Shown: in pieces, positions 1 through 14,984 of the stretch
Position numbering within the stretch: the first letter of the stretch is position 1
Layout of the letters: each line of letters starts with the position of its first letter
Assembly (NCBI RefSeq): GCF_006345805.1
Contig: NC_042999.1
Coordinates: 79,856,001-79,920,000 of the forward strand
Reading direction: 5' to 3'
Source: Octopus sinensis
Lineage: Eukaryota
Length of the DNA: 64,000 nucleotides
Program-made: the position numbers and the translations under genes
Notes under the pieces: model-generated
What the model was told of the DNA's origin: nothing
Database searches by the model: none
Seen by the model: the letters and a program-made list of their open reading frames with translations, nothing else

Positions 1-345
1 TATATATATATATGTGTGTGTAGATATATATATATATGTGTGTGTGTAGATATATATATATATATACATTTACATAAGAGTACGTGTGCATATGTGCATA
101 TAGATATGCATGTATGAGAATATTATGTTCTTCTTTTACTCTTTCATATGTTTCAGCTATGAGGCTGCAGCCAGTCTGGGGCACATCTATATATGTGTAC
201 TTGTATCTATGCATACGTGTGCACATATATGCGCATGTTTCTGCACTTACGTGTTATGTGTATTTGAGTTTGATGGATGGATTTCTCCGCTTATTATGCG
301 TGAGCCTGTAAAATTTTCCTCTGTGTATTTCAATATCAAAGATTC

Positions 346-955
346 GAGCTGGCAGAGTCGTTAGCACGCTGGGCGAAATGATTAGCGGTATTTCCTCTGC
401 TGCTACGTTCTGAGTTCAGATTCCGGCGAGGTCGACTTTGCCTTTCATCCTTTCGGGGTCGATTAAATAAGTACCAGTTACGCACTGGGTTCGATATAAT
501 CGACTTAATCCGTTTCTCTGTCATTGTTTGTCCTCTCTGTGTTTAGCCCCTTGTGGGTAGTAAAGAAATAGGTATTTCGTCTGTCTTTATGTTCTGAGTT
601 CAAACTCCGCCGAGGTCGACTTTGCCTTTCATCTTTTCGGGGTCGATTAAATAAGTACCAGTTACGCACTGGGGTAGATATAATCGACTTAACCCGTCTG
701 TCTGTCCTTGCTTGTCCCCTCTGTGTGTAGCCCCTTGTGTGCAGTAAAGTAATATGAAACGTTTGCACGCCGGGTGAAATGTTTAGCTACATTTCGTCTG
801 TCTTTACATTTTGAGTTCAAATTCTGCCGGGGTCGACTTTGCCTTTCATCCTTTCGGTTTCGATAAATTAAGTATCAGTTGCGTACTGGGCTCGATCTAA
901 TCGACTGGCCCCCTCCCCACAAAATTTCGGGTCTTGTGCCTAAAGTAGAAAGAAA
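346..955 (+). mobile_element. tRNA-derived SINE family A, head-to-tail trimer
   Basis: Head CGAGCTGGCAGAGTCGTTAGCACG, B-box-like GAGTTCAGATTCC, and the core GTCGACTTTGCCTTTCATCCTTTCGGGGTCGAT..AAGTACCAGTT three times; the same core recurs throughout the window. Confidence 0.85.
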
Positions 956-1116
956 TTATATCTTCTCGTAGACCCTCTTCAAATTTTACTTGAATGCATA
1001 CAGACATATATACATAAACGCACACACATACGCACATATACACACACAAGTACACACACACACACTCACACCCATATATGTATGTATGTACATACGTGTA
1101 ATTACATATATATATG

Positions 1117-1150
<34 letters not shown>

Positions 1151-2431
1151 AATACATACATACATACAGACATGCATATATACATGTACGTGTATGCTTT
1201 TGTGCATGTTTCTATGTATGTGCACATTTATACATGTTTACATAATAGCCTTGTGCAAATGTATTACTATCAGATAAATGGAAATATTTCATTCCGGACA
1301 AAACTGGTAAAATATTTACCATTATTCCATCGCTAGTGAACAGCAGGTTCTATAACAACCTAGATTCCTTCATACAGTATAAGTTACAGTAGAAAGGTAA
1401 AATACCCTATCTTGTAAGTTGTCTTGTCTCAGCATCAATCCTCTATTATCTATTTCGCTGTTGCCTCCCAATATCATTGTCTCTGCTTTCTGTTTCATTC
1501 TTCTTTTCTTCCTTGTATTTGTTTATGCCAATAAGTATGTATGGATGTATGTATGCACATATTTCTGTACATATTTACGTATGGAAGCACGCACGCATTT
1601 ATGTTTGTACGTACAAGTTTATTTATGCATATTGATATCTTTTTTGCCTAATCATCGACTAAATCTTTCAAATTATGTACTTGCATGCATGCATACACAC
1701 ATTGCACACTCCCAAACATATACACGTACACACAAACACAAGCTCGTGCTGTAACTGCTGTTGGGAAAGAATCACAGAGAGTAAGAAGAATGTGTCGAAT
1801 AGTCAACTACAGCCAGTAAGATGCTTCTTAGGTGATCTTACTATGGCAAAGGAAACACACGTGGAGGCAAAACTGCTGCTATCATAACTTGAGCGCGCAG
1901 CTCAGCATCATAGTCATCAAAAAGTTTGAAGACCAAGTAACCAAGGAAAATAGTCGACAAGAAAGGCCAAATCGAGAAAAAGATAGCGCTGCAAAGAAGC
2001 ATAGAGACGCACGTATTTATTTGAAGAGTAATAAAAACAGAAAAAATTGAACCTTTAGCGCACTGTAGGTGCATCATGCCACTGTATGAGTTTTCACCCC
2101 TGCAGTAACAGTGCAGTAGAGGGAAAACGATTCTAGAGAAAATATTGTGTGTTAGATGTTAGTTTTTACAAGGATTCAGCTTATGAAACCCACCACACCA
2201 TTGTTCATCTGACTTTTACATGACGTGCAAAAATTCATGTAACAAGGAAACATATCCATTATGGTTATTCCTTATCAAGCATCGATCATTTATCTCGATT
2301 TTCCTCCTAATAATTTGATACCGACACACAGACAGCACAGAACAAAGCCATATACATTCATACAATACCTATAGATCTTCATTTAAAGTGCTCTCAAAAG
2401 TATGCATGTATGTATGTATGTATTATGCATG

Positions 2432-2490
<59 letters not shown>

Positions 2491-2491
2491 A

Positions 2492-2522
<31 letters not shown>

Positions 2523-2530
2523 ATATATAT

Positions 2531-2562
<32 letters not shown>

Positions 2563-2574
2563 GAAATATGTTAC

Positions 2575-2917
2575 AAAATGAAAATGGAAATATTTAAGAT
2601 CAAATCGAATTTCACCTGAGCCTCGGAAAATCTAATTTATGCCATGATATGCTTAAGATGTGGTAACAACTATATTAGACAATCAGGAATATCACTCCGT
2701 CGAAGAACCACTATCCACAAAGAACAAATTCGCCCCTCCACAATACAGACAGTTAGAGGTTAGTGAACACATAGAAAGGTATGCTAGGTATCTTAATCCT
2801 AATTTCCAAATTTTCCCCTTCTATCAATGTTCACAGAACACCTCAATGCAACAAAGAATGAATAAAGAGGCAACTTTCATTAATAAATATCTTCCCCAAC
2901 TAAATATGAACACATAA
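2575..2917 (+). mobile_element. Penelope-like element GIY-YIG endonuclease C-terminal fragment (decayed)
   Basis: Translates FKIKSNFT*ASENLIYAMICLRCGNNYIRQSGISLRRRTTIHKEQIR, then after a frameshift EHIERYARYLNPNFQIFPFYQC..KEATFINKYLPQLN*; matches the PLE N-x-I-Y-x-I-x-C-xx-C-xxx-YIGQT pattern. Confidence 0.75.
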
Positions 2918-3304
2918 CATAATACAGAACACTACTAGCCCTTCAATTAATACCACTAACCCCCATACATCCCTTACACCATTCACATTACAATTCTATA
3001 TCTAACCTAATTTCACAAAATCCAGAACTACTTACCTCCCCTACAAATAATCTTTTTACTCAGGAACTATTAGACCTGACACCGTTCATTAGCTGGATTC
3101 ATTCAAAGCAATGAATAGTATCTCATGAAACCGTGGTATGCTTGAATCTCTTTAATAATCTCATAATAATGACGTTTATGACTTTTATTACTTTCATTCC
3201 TACCTCAGTTCATCTAATTGTATATATCTGTCGTTACCTTTCATAAAAAGCCTTTACTTTTTTTACTTACAATGTGCATTTTCGTTGATTTTTCTTACTT
3301 TCCC

Positions 3305-3392
<88 letters not shown>

Positions 3393-3724
3393 TATATATC
3401 GCTTAAGCTTTCCGATACTAATAAGCGTTAGTCGAGAACATGTGTCATAAGAAAAGAGATGCCAAAAGAATAATCGATTATATTATAACGTATGAACTTA
3501 ATTTGCTTACATCTGTTCCCATTATCGGATGTGGTAGACTCAGGCACTCATCTATGAGTCCACCTGGAAACAGCTGTAAGCAAATGAAGTTAGAAACATA
3601 ATCGTTCTTTCCTTTGTCATCTCAATACCCAAATAAATACACACATATACATATGTATATATTGGAGAGAGTGAGAGAGAGTGAGTGAGAGAGAGCGAGT
3701 GAGAGAGAGGGAGAGATAGATAGT

Positions 3725-3836
<112 letters not shown>

Positions 3837-3904
3837 CAGACAGATAGATAGATAGATAGATGGAGAAACATGTTTAATATTACTTCTATTAAGTGTCATT
3901 GTGA

Positions 3905-3995
3905 CTAAAATAAATAAATACCAGTCAAGTACTGGAGTCGATGTAATCGATTTTCTCAAAAACTGCTGGCCTTGTGCCAGAATTTGAAACTAATA
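3905..3995 (+). mobile_element. SINE family A 3' fragment
   Basis: AAATACCAGTCAAGTACTGGAGTCGATGTAATCGA...GCTGGCCTTGTGCCAGAATTTGAAAC matches the family tail. Confidence 0.6.
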
Positions 3996-4589
3996 TCGTC
4001 TTCTTTCGTTTCATCGCATCATTATTTCTCAGTAGCATTTTAATGCTTCCTGAATTAATTATGTTCTGGCAAAACTTGATAAATATTTTTCTAGTTAGTG
4101 ATTTTTCTGAGTTATTATTCTATGTATATTGCTGTTGGTAAAGACACAATGTTCTTATTTCTCATTATTCGTTATTTTATTATAATCTAACAACTAGTTT
4201 CGTTTTGGGATTTGGTTTGCAAGATTTTTTATGTGAGTTCGTGTGTTGAAGCATATTCTGCTGTGTCTGGGAAGAATCATTTTCTTTTTGTGCCTCATAA
4301 TTTAACACACTCACCGGTAAAATTTCCACTTATTCCTTATTTTTATTTTCCTAAAATTTTCGTTGCGTCTTGCAACCTTTTCAATAGTCTTACCGGTGAG
4401 TATGTTAAATTATAAGGCACAAAAAGAAAATGACTCTCCCCAGAAAACAACAAAATAACGACTAGTTGTTTCCCCGAATATTATTAAAAGTATATCCATA
4501 ATTGAAAGATATATATAGTAGGAAAAGTGATATTTATAAAAAATGTATTTATAGTACCTTGTTGTGTCTTCGGAGTGTTGTAACACCAA

Positions 4590-4875
4590 TACTAATAACA
4601 CACGAACTGGTTCAATATCACTTCTTTATTGTCAGAAAATTGGTTAAATATCTAAGAAAAATAACGAATCGATCGTTTGTTTAATGTGTTGGTCAAGCAA
4701 TTAATCGGCTGTTTGCTAATCAAGGTTCTCTGAGTATCAAACCAGTCCTTGGAGACATAGGGATGTCACTAAAATTATTTAATTTTTCACTAACATTTTA
4801 AAGAAACGATCGATTTGTTAGTTGGTTAGAGACTTAACCAATAAAGAAGTGATATTGAATCAGTGCGTGTGTTAT
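4590..4875. repeat. Imperfect fold-back (inverted repeat), MITE-like
   Basis: ACACACGAACTGGTTCAATATCACTTCTTTAT...AACGAATCGATCGTTT is the reverse complement of AAACGATCGATTTGTT...ATAAAGAAGTGATATTGAATCAGTGCGTGTGT; arms about 75-85 bp. Confidence 0.6.
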
Positions 4876-5120
4876 CACTATTATTGACCGTCTCGATACA
4901 CGGTGTGACTTGTAGTGAATTTGGTCATTATTTCTAGAAGGTTATCTGCCCACGTAAAGCCCCTGTATTATTTCATAGAGACAACCTCGTTAGTTCATTC
5001 AATGATGGATCTTAACATTGACACATGGTCACAATTCTTGCGACTATTAGCACGCAATGTAATCTACACAAATATTTTCAAATATTAGTATCCTGCCAAA
5101 GATGGTGGGCTCACACACAC

Positions 5121-5171
<51 letters not shown>

Positions 5172-5228
5172 GCACACACACATACACACATACGCACACA
5201 CACACACATACACAACATTGATAATCTA

Positions 5229-5428
5229 TTTCTTTATTGCCCACAAGGGGCTAATCATAGAGGAGACAAGCAAAGACAACGGGATGAGGTCGATTACATC
5301 GATCCCAGCGCATAACTGGTACTTATTTAATCGACCTCGAAAGGATGAAAGGCAAAGTCAGAACGTAAAGACAGGCGAAATACTACCCTGCATTTCGCCC
5401 GGCGTTTTAACGTTTCTGCCAGATCGCC
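5229..5428 (-). mobile_element. SINE family A copy
   Basis: Reverse complement of head, core and tail (GGTACTTATTTAATCGACCTCGAAAGGATGAAAGGCAAAGTC). Confidence 0.8.
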
Positions 5429-5446
5429 TCCTTCACACACAACATT

Positions 5447-6440
5447 GATAATCAAAGCAGTCTATCATGGACCAACAACTGTATTACTACCTCCCACTTT
5501 GCAAAGTATGCGTTTGCAATCCAGGAACAGAAAATATCAAGCAAATACCTGACGCCCAAAAGGGTCAGAGTTGCAGAAAAAGCAGTAAAATGTGACAACC
5601 GATGCAGACTTTGTGGAGTTAACACCGAAAATGTTACCTATATCATTAGCGGGTATTTACATTATTTACATTGGACGGATATGTGCCCTCATCTTAACCA
5701 TTACGCTATATGCCCACGATTGCGAGTTCAATTTTAGGCAGTTCCTTAAATATATAATGATGATGATGATAATGATAATAATGATAACATCAGCAAAACG
5801 ATACCTTAGGAATGAGAACCCATTATCAGTTGTCCAAAATTGTCATCACGGTATTAGCTACCGATGAGCCATGATGTTGTAGCTAGGACACTATATAATG
5901 AAATCCGTCGGAGGAATAACCCTGGGGGTCAAAGAAATAAGAACCCAAAGTATGTTAGAAGCCATAGCCACTTATGATAAAAAGGAGTACTGGTGGAATG
6001 TTCCAGTGAAAACCTCAATAAAATGTAAACACAATAGACCTGCTATAATGATTTGGGATAGAGAAGAGAAACTGTGTACAGTTGTGGAAAGTAGATGCCC
6101 AGCGGGTGTTAACATAAAGCTGAAGAACGGTTAAAAAGAAAATACCTACACTGAACTATTGAGAAATCTGCAGCTACTATAACCAGATAACAAGTTCAAG
6201 TTTATACCTGTAATTATTGAGGCACACTGCCTAAATACCAATCTTGAGAAATTAGGCTTCTCAAAACCTGAAAGGAGAAAACTGATTCGAAGACTACAGA
6301 TCCAACCCATCACTGGAATTGTTAAAATCTGTAAAACGTTCCAGAATTTTACCATTTAAGTATATACTAGCATGTCTAGATATGCAACTATTTGCATGAG
6401 AATACATACATAAAACAAAACATACAAATCTGCGCATATA
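5447..6440 (+). mobile_element. R4/Dong-like non-LTR retrotransposon 3' fragment (Zn knuckle plus restriction-like endonuclease), interrupted by an insertion at ~5645-5820
   Basis: Translates AFAIQEQKISSKYL..DNRCRLCGVNTENVTYII / CPKLSSRY*LPMSHDVVART / KEYWWNVPVKTSIKCKHNRPAIMIWDREEKLCTVVE..CP / KFIPVII..RLQIQPITGIVKICKTFQNF: CxxC-H-C knuckle followed by a degenerate RPD..E REL domain. Confidence 0.8.
5645..5820. mobile_element. Rearranged copy of HHR-SINE family E inserted in the R4-like LINE
   Basis: Reverse-complement tail (ATTTACATTGGACGGATATGTGCCCTCATCTT), reverse-complement tRNA head (CTTAACCATTACGCTATATGCCC), then a plus-strand body ending GATACCTTAGGAATGAGAACCCA, as at 55810-55831. Confidence 0.65.
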
Positions 6441-7410
6441 CATACATACAGAGAGAGAGAGAGAGAGAGAGAGAAGGATGGAGAGAGGGGAGAGAGAAAG
6501 AAGACACAAGAGAACAGGCTTCCTTTAATTAAGGTTAACCTTGAATACGCGCTTGTGTATGCAGGTCTAGGCAAGGAATTTTGGGAAAACTTGGCAGCTG
6601 CCTTCGCATGCAAGTCTCCCCTTTAGACGCTACTAATGCTGCTGAAGGAAGGGCTGCTACATTTGGGCCAATAGAACTTGGTGTCAGTGTCATCGCTCAA
6701 ATTTCAGGAACAGATAGCAAATGGCAGTCTGGCGACCTTTTAACAGTTACGCCAATCCATTGCTCTCGGTCGGTAAACATTTAATCGAAGCCTGAGAAAT
6801 GAAAAGTATAGCTGACCCTCTAGGTATTGAAACGAGAACACAGAAACTCTGTCACTTTTGCATTGGGATTATCAGAACATTCTTCCTGTTACCTTTATTA
6901 ACGCACCCTATCTCACTTATTGCGTTCGAGAAACAAAAGTGATTGATTATACAGTAAGAGCGCTCTCCAAACTAGGCAATAAGTGATTAACTCCCATCAT
7001 TTCTATACATGCTTGTTTGACTCAATAAAAATGAAACGGCCTAACTTGATATGAGAATATCTAACCATTTGAACCATGGAGCAATAGAAACGATATACTT
7101 TAAATCATATGAAACCAATGCCTATATTTTTTACTTTTTTGCATATTTAAATATTTTACATACTGTATTAAGAGAATTATTCCTTCGAAATATGAGCACC
7201 AGTCTATTGTTTTTGTACTTCTTGAACCGTTTACAGAGAAAACAATTACGTCACCAAAGTACAATTCGAATTCAGTACTAAGAATCAAGAAGATAAAGTT
7301 TATAAAATACTACAACCAGCGCTTGTATATGGGCCCTGCGAATGATGGTGTATGTATTGGGTGTTATATTTTACTCAAAGCTGCATATGTACGAATTTAT
7401 ATCCAACCAG

Positions 7411-7474
<64 letters not shown>

Positions 7475-7482
7475 ATATATAT

Positions 7483-7516
<34 letters not shown>

Positions 7517-7554
7517 GTGTGTGTGTTGTGTGGTGTTGATAGAAATGGTTAGAG

Positions 7555-7815
7555 AACAAAAGAATGAAAGAGACCTCGATAAATAGCGGAGTCTATCGGT
7601 AAATATCATATGTGATAATTATTCGGTAGCCATGAAAAACTCCGAGTTTCGGATGTCGGGGCGGAAACCCGCGCCGGCATCTCTTCAGTTATCGGACCAT
7701 ATTCATAGCATCTTTTTGATGGCCCGATAACTGAAGAGATACTGGCGTGGGTTTCCGCCCCGACATCCGAAACTCGGAGTTTTATCATGGCTGCCGAATA
7801 ATAGTCACACATTAT
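7555..7815. mobile_element. Inverted pair of Penelope-type 3' terminal repeats
   Basis: 7613-7700 and 7719-7808 are reverse complements (~88 bp arms); the same sequence recurs at 63568-63730. Confidence 0.75.
7726..7786 (+). ncRNA. Type I hammerhead ribozyme motif
   Basis: Stem I GATAA(7726-30)/TTATC(7782-86), core CTGAAGA(7731-37), imperfect stem II GAT..ATC with an extra C, GAAA(7769-72), near-palindromic stem III ACTC-G-GAGT, predicted cleavage triplet GUU. Confidence 0.6.
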
Positions 7816-7827
7816 ATTTACATATAT

Positions 7828-8364
7828 ATCTCTTATTATAAAAGGCAGATTTTATCTGCCTCCCTTTGTCACTTATAGAAATCTACAATATAGGATTTCT
7901 TCAATTACAATTTACCTACCATTTTTAAGAGTAGAATGCATCGGGTCATGCCAGGTCCAGTTTTTAAAATTTAAACTCCAATTAAGCAAAATTTACAGAA
8001 AACTCACATTCTGGTGTGTATGTCAAATGCTTTTCTTAGTCTGGTTTACAGCACACGCAAACGCACACACACAGTGTGCAACGAATAAAATGAAACTAAT
8101 TCACTGTGTGTGTGTTGACAGGTAGACAATAGAAGGCGATGGCGATGGCGATGGCGATGTAATATTTGTTTCTGTCTATCACGCTGATAGATACATGAGT
8201 AAAATATATGGCAAGCTAAGAGATAAGAGTGAGTGAAAATGTTCTTGGAAGAGAGTAAATAGCGACAGAGTGATTTGAGGAAGACTAAACTGAAAGTATG
8301 AAACAGTGTTTATGTATAAACAGACGACACTTATATATAGTTATTAATAAATATAATAAGAGAT
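7828..8364. mobile_element. Non-autonomous DNA element with 13-bp terminal inverted repeats
   Basis: ATCTCTTATTATA (7828-40) and TATAATAAGAGAT (8352-64); subterminal palindrome GGCAGAT-TTT-ATCTGCC; no coding capacity. Confidence 0.5.
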
Positions 8365-8377
8365 GTATGCATCCGTT

Positions 8378-8410
8378 TAACCCTTTCGTTACCAAACCGC
8401 CCGAATTTAC
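8378..8410 (+). mobile_element. Possible piggyBac-type terminus (single end)
   Basis: TTAA followed by CCCTTTCGTTACC; no matching other end found. Confidence 0.3.
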
Positions 8411-8704
8411 CTATTCATATTTAAATGAGAATATCAGTAAATCTCTTTAGTACATTCGTGAAAACACGTATTATACTTCGTAAACACTTCAAATACAGTT
8501 TTGTACAAAAATCGAAGTGTAATTTTAATTCCGTGAATTATGGGAGATTTTTTTCCGAAATTTGTTCCTATTGTGTTTTCAAAATTTGTAATTCTGACAA
8601 AAAATGGATACGAATTTCATTATATCAAGCAGCGAGTCAGAATTCGAAGGATTTTCTACTGAAGACCTTCATAAATCTAACTCTATGACTGAAAAAAAAA
8701 AGCA

Positions 8705-9099
8705 TCTTATATAAGAGTGAAGTTGTGTGTCTGTCTCCTACGATTTAGATTCGTAACTACTCCCATATTTTGCGGTGCAGTTTAACCAAAAGCGGGTATC
8801 TTATAGTCGTGATTCATATCGAGCCCTTCTGGGTATTAGCGCGCGTCTACGATGAGTCTACGATTTAAAAAAAAATTACCATCATATTTTTCCATTTTAA
8901 TGCATTTTTTTTCGCTTTTATATAAGGGAAGTAACTCTCTAAAAATATCTACGATGTGTCAACGATTAAAAAAAAAAATTACCTTATTTTTTTTTCAATT
9001 TTTAATGCATTTGTTTGCTATTTTTTGGCTATAACTCTCTGAAAATGCGTATATAGTTATTTCCCTTACAACCCGAGCAACGCCGGGCGATACTGCTAG
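8705..9099 (+). mobile_element. Non-autonomous Helitron
   Basis: Inserted between A(8704) and T(9100); starts TC, ends CTAG; GC hairpin CCCGAGCAACGCCGGG (9072-87) lies about 12 nt before the 3' end. Confidence 0.8.
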
Positions 9100-12080
<2,981 letters not shown>

Positions 12081-13374
12081 GGGCTCTAATTACAAAACAC
12101 AATTCGCCCCGTGCAATTGTAACAATGGTTAGTATGTGATTTTTTTCTCTAACATTACATAGCAGTGCTGTCAAAGCCGCGCACCTGATGATGTGTCAGT
12201 ACAAAGCTTGCTGCTAGATCATATTATTTACGTAATTTGTGTAATAGCATGTTACGGATAAATCAGCAACGAACAGCTGTTACTATTGCACAGAAACAAT
12301 TGTTGTGTTTTTAATTAAAGCCTATTCCTTCCATTTTCTTGTATAAATTGTATATAAATTCAGTATACACTAACAGAGTTCAATATGTATTTCCAGAAGA
12401 AGGAATAACCTTGCTGTAAAATGGCATATGACAGGCGATAACAGGTATAGGAGCTTTTAAGTGTACGTTATGAGTGTATTACTCAGATTAATATTGAATA
12501 ATTAATATATATGTAAATACACGCAGGCACACACATACATACACACATACATACAAATATATACATATATATTTGCATATATATTATATATTCAAATATA
12601 TATATGTGTATGTATATATATATGTGTGTGTGTGGTCGTGTGTGTGTATGTGGTCGTGTGTGTGTATGTGTGTATGAGTGAGTGTGTGTGTTATGTTACC
12701 TCTTTCAATAAGAGCTAAGACGGCGATGTTGTGGCAAGCAATACCCTGCAACAATCGGAAGGAAAGGAAATGAAATAGCAATATCATTTGATATTTCTTT
12801 ATGCAAAAGACGCGATCGTCGCGAACTAATATTATGAAACCCTTAATCTCATGCAATTTATTTTAATTTATTACATGTATTATTTCAGCATGACTAAATC
12901 TTCTTTTAAACTAATTCCAACCGGGACCATGTATTTTGATTAAAATGGAAATGCATCCTCAAACTTCTCAAATCATTTTCTTCCTTCATTTTTACTATAA
13001 ATTTAGTCGTGTGACACCTTTTAACCTTCGCAGTAAACACATACATACATACATACAAAAATGCATACATACACAAACACACATACATATACAGGTAGAT
13101 CTAAATTGGTTTGTTTACGGAGTTCGAGCTTGTTAATTAGTGTATGTAATATGTAGTGTTGTCCTGTTAATGATTTGATCTATCCATGCTATATTTCGTG
13201 ACATCACTGCAAAGATCTGCATGTAAATTAATTCATATTACTACCTATTCCACTTCCCGAAATTGAGTTATAACGCCTTAATCTCTCTCTCATTTATTTA
13301 GATGCTATGCAGAGATAATTGTCAGTGATGTGAGACTTTGTGCGTTAGAATATATAACTGGTCTTTTTAGTGGG

Positions 13375-13413
13375 ATTTTTATCGCCTGACATTAGTATTC
13401 AGGCGATAAAAAT
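13375..13413. repeat. Perfect 15-bp inverted repeat with 9-nt loop
   Basis: ATTTTTATCGCCTGA / TCAGGCGATAAAAAT. Confidence 0.9.
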
Positions 13414-13545
13414 TTATTCTCTGCTACAGGACCCACATTATTTCTAACAATCTTGTACTAAATATTATCAGCGGCCACCTGGTTAACTGTCGATGAGTTG
13501 TTGTCAGATTTTTAACATGAAGACGAATCAAGTGGGCCGTAATGT

Positions 13546-13651
13546 ATTACATGGAAAAATGCGAGCAAGAGAAATAATATTCTTAAGATTATAAACCTGG
13601 AAAATTACAGGACAAATTATTATTTCTCTTGCTCGCATTTTTCCATGTAAT
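13546..13651. repeat. Perfect 34-bp inverted repeat with 38-nt spacer
   Basis: ATTACATGGAAAAATGCGAGCAAGAGAAATAATA (13546-79) and its exact reverse complement (13618-51). Confidence 0.9.
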
Positions 13652-14664
13652 CCATATTTCTTCCAGGCCATGCTATTGTGCTAATTATTCATGTGTCAAA
13701 TGTATCAATTAGCGGTGTCGTTGATAATTTTTCCTTACCTCAATGATGCCGGTGACATATATTAAAAATCCCTTTCATAAGAAAATTCAGGTGACGACAA
13801 GAGAATGTGCTCATGACAAGATAAATATGTATATATATGTGTGTGTGTGCGTGCGTGCATCGGTGAGTGTGTGTTTGTATGTTGTGTAGACATACATATA
13901 TATGTGTTTATATATATATACATACACACACACACACACACATATATATGTATGCACACATACATATGTGTGTGTATGTATGTGTGTGTGTGAGTGTGAG
14001 TGTGTTTGCACAGAAACAAAGCTAACCGAATATTATTCCTAGAACTTATTAAAGTATAGCTTACATCTTGATGAAATTTGGATCTGATGCATATGTAAGA
14101 TATACATTCCAAACGTAAGTAAAACCAAACATAGTTTATTGATAAGAATATGCACATTCTTCGCAGACGATGATATCTCAGATTTCTGATACACGTGCAA
14201 ACATCAATGAGGCATAAAGAATCTAGAGTGTTAGAGAATCATTCGCTTAGAAGTGCTTAGTAATATTCTGTACAAATATATAGTAATAAGCACTTAGCAT
14301 CTCTGTCATGAAATCAAATATATTGCGATATATTTCTAAATAATTGTAGAGCATTTTAACCTAAAAGGAGATTAATGCAACGCCAATTTTGCCGGTTATA
14401 TTCCTTCGTTGAGAAGTGAAATATAATTCTTACTCTTCGACATGATGCCGTAAATTATTCTTTATCAGACCAACAGAAAAAATTAGCCTACATTCTAAAC
14501 ACTATCCAACTTGTGATATTTTCATGGTTATACGAAATTGAAACTTCACATGTTATGTAAGCTTTTACACGCATTTGAATTCTTTCATATGCATTAGATT
14601 GGTTTATGATACACCCTGCGATTGTTGTACAGGTTTGCATTAGGCACTTTGCACCTAAGCTTTG

Positions 14665-14760
14665 CACCCAAGGGGTTAGCGTCTGCGAAACTAACCTGTT
14701 TAGTTAGCGGATTAGCGGTTAGCGAAGCTGACTTTTTGGTTAGCTGTGCCAATCATTGGT
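14665..14760 (-). mobile_element. Possible hAT-type MITE terminus with TTAGCG subterminal repeats
   Basis: Minus strand CAATGATTGGCACAGCTAACCAAAAAGTCAGCTTCGCTAACCGCTAATCCGCTAAC; resembles hAT MITE ends from memory only. Confidence 0.3.
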
Positions 14761-14984
14761 GGAGAATTTTAATCAGGCATCCCTGTAATATAGAAAATTC
14801 GACTCTTCCACCTGAATAAAATGGATTCGTCTGCATAATGAATTATTTTCTCTTCGCTTATGTGTGTCTGCTCGCATAACACAACACACGCGTACTGAAG
14901 AAATGTTTACATCAACGTTTATTGTATTTGTGGTCTTAGGGATTTTGTTATTATGTGCATCAAATCATTGCATGTATATATATA

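Noticed and set aside
336-768. Recurring ORFs containing NWYLFNRPRKDERQSRPRRNLNSER
   Set aside because: Antisense translation of the SINE A core, not a gene family.
346-955. Repeat-spacer appearance suggesting a CRISPR array
   Set aside because: Units are 170-230 bp SINE monomers; there are no short regular repeats with unique spacers, no cas genes, and the context is eukaryotic.
1750-2050. Purine-rich stretch with partial frames
   Set aside because: Multiple stops and no motif I can assign; possibly a decayed element.
2617-2619. TGA at a conserved Cys (FT*ASEN) in a PLE endonuclease, suggesting selenocysteine recoding as reported for some Naiad PLEs
   Set aside because: The same copy has YIG mutated to YIR and a frameshift, and no SECIS was recognised, so simple decay is more likely.
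6581-6784. 67-aa ORF
   Set aside because: No convincing splice signals or recognisable domain; looks like an old repeat fragment.
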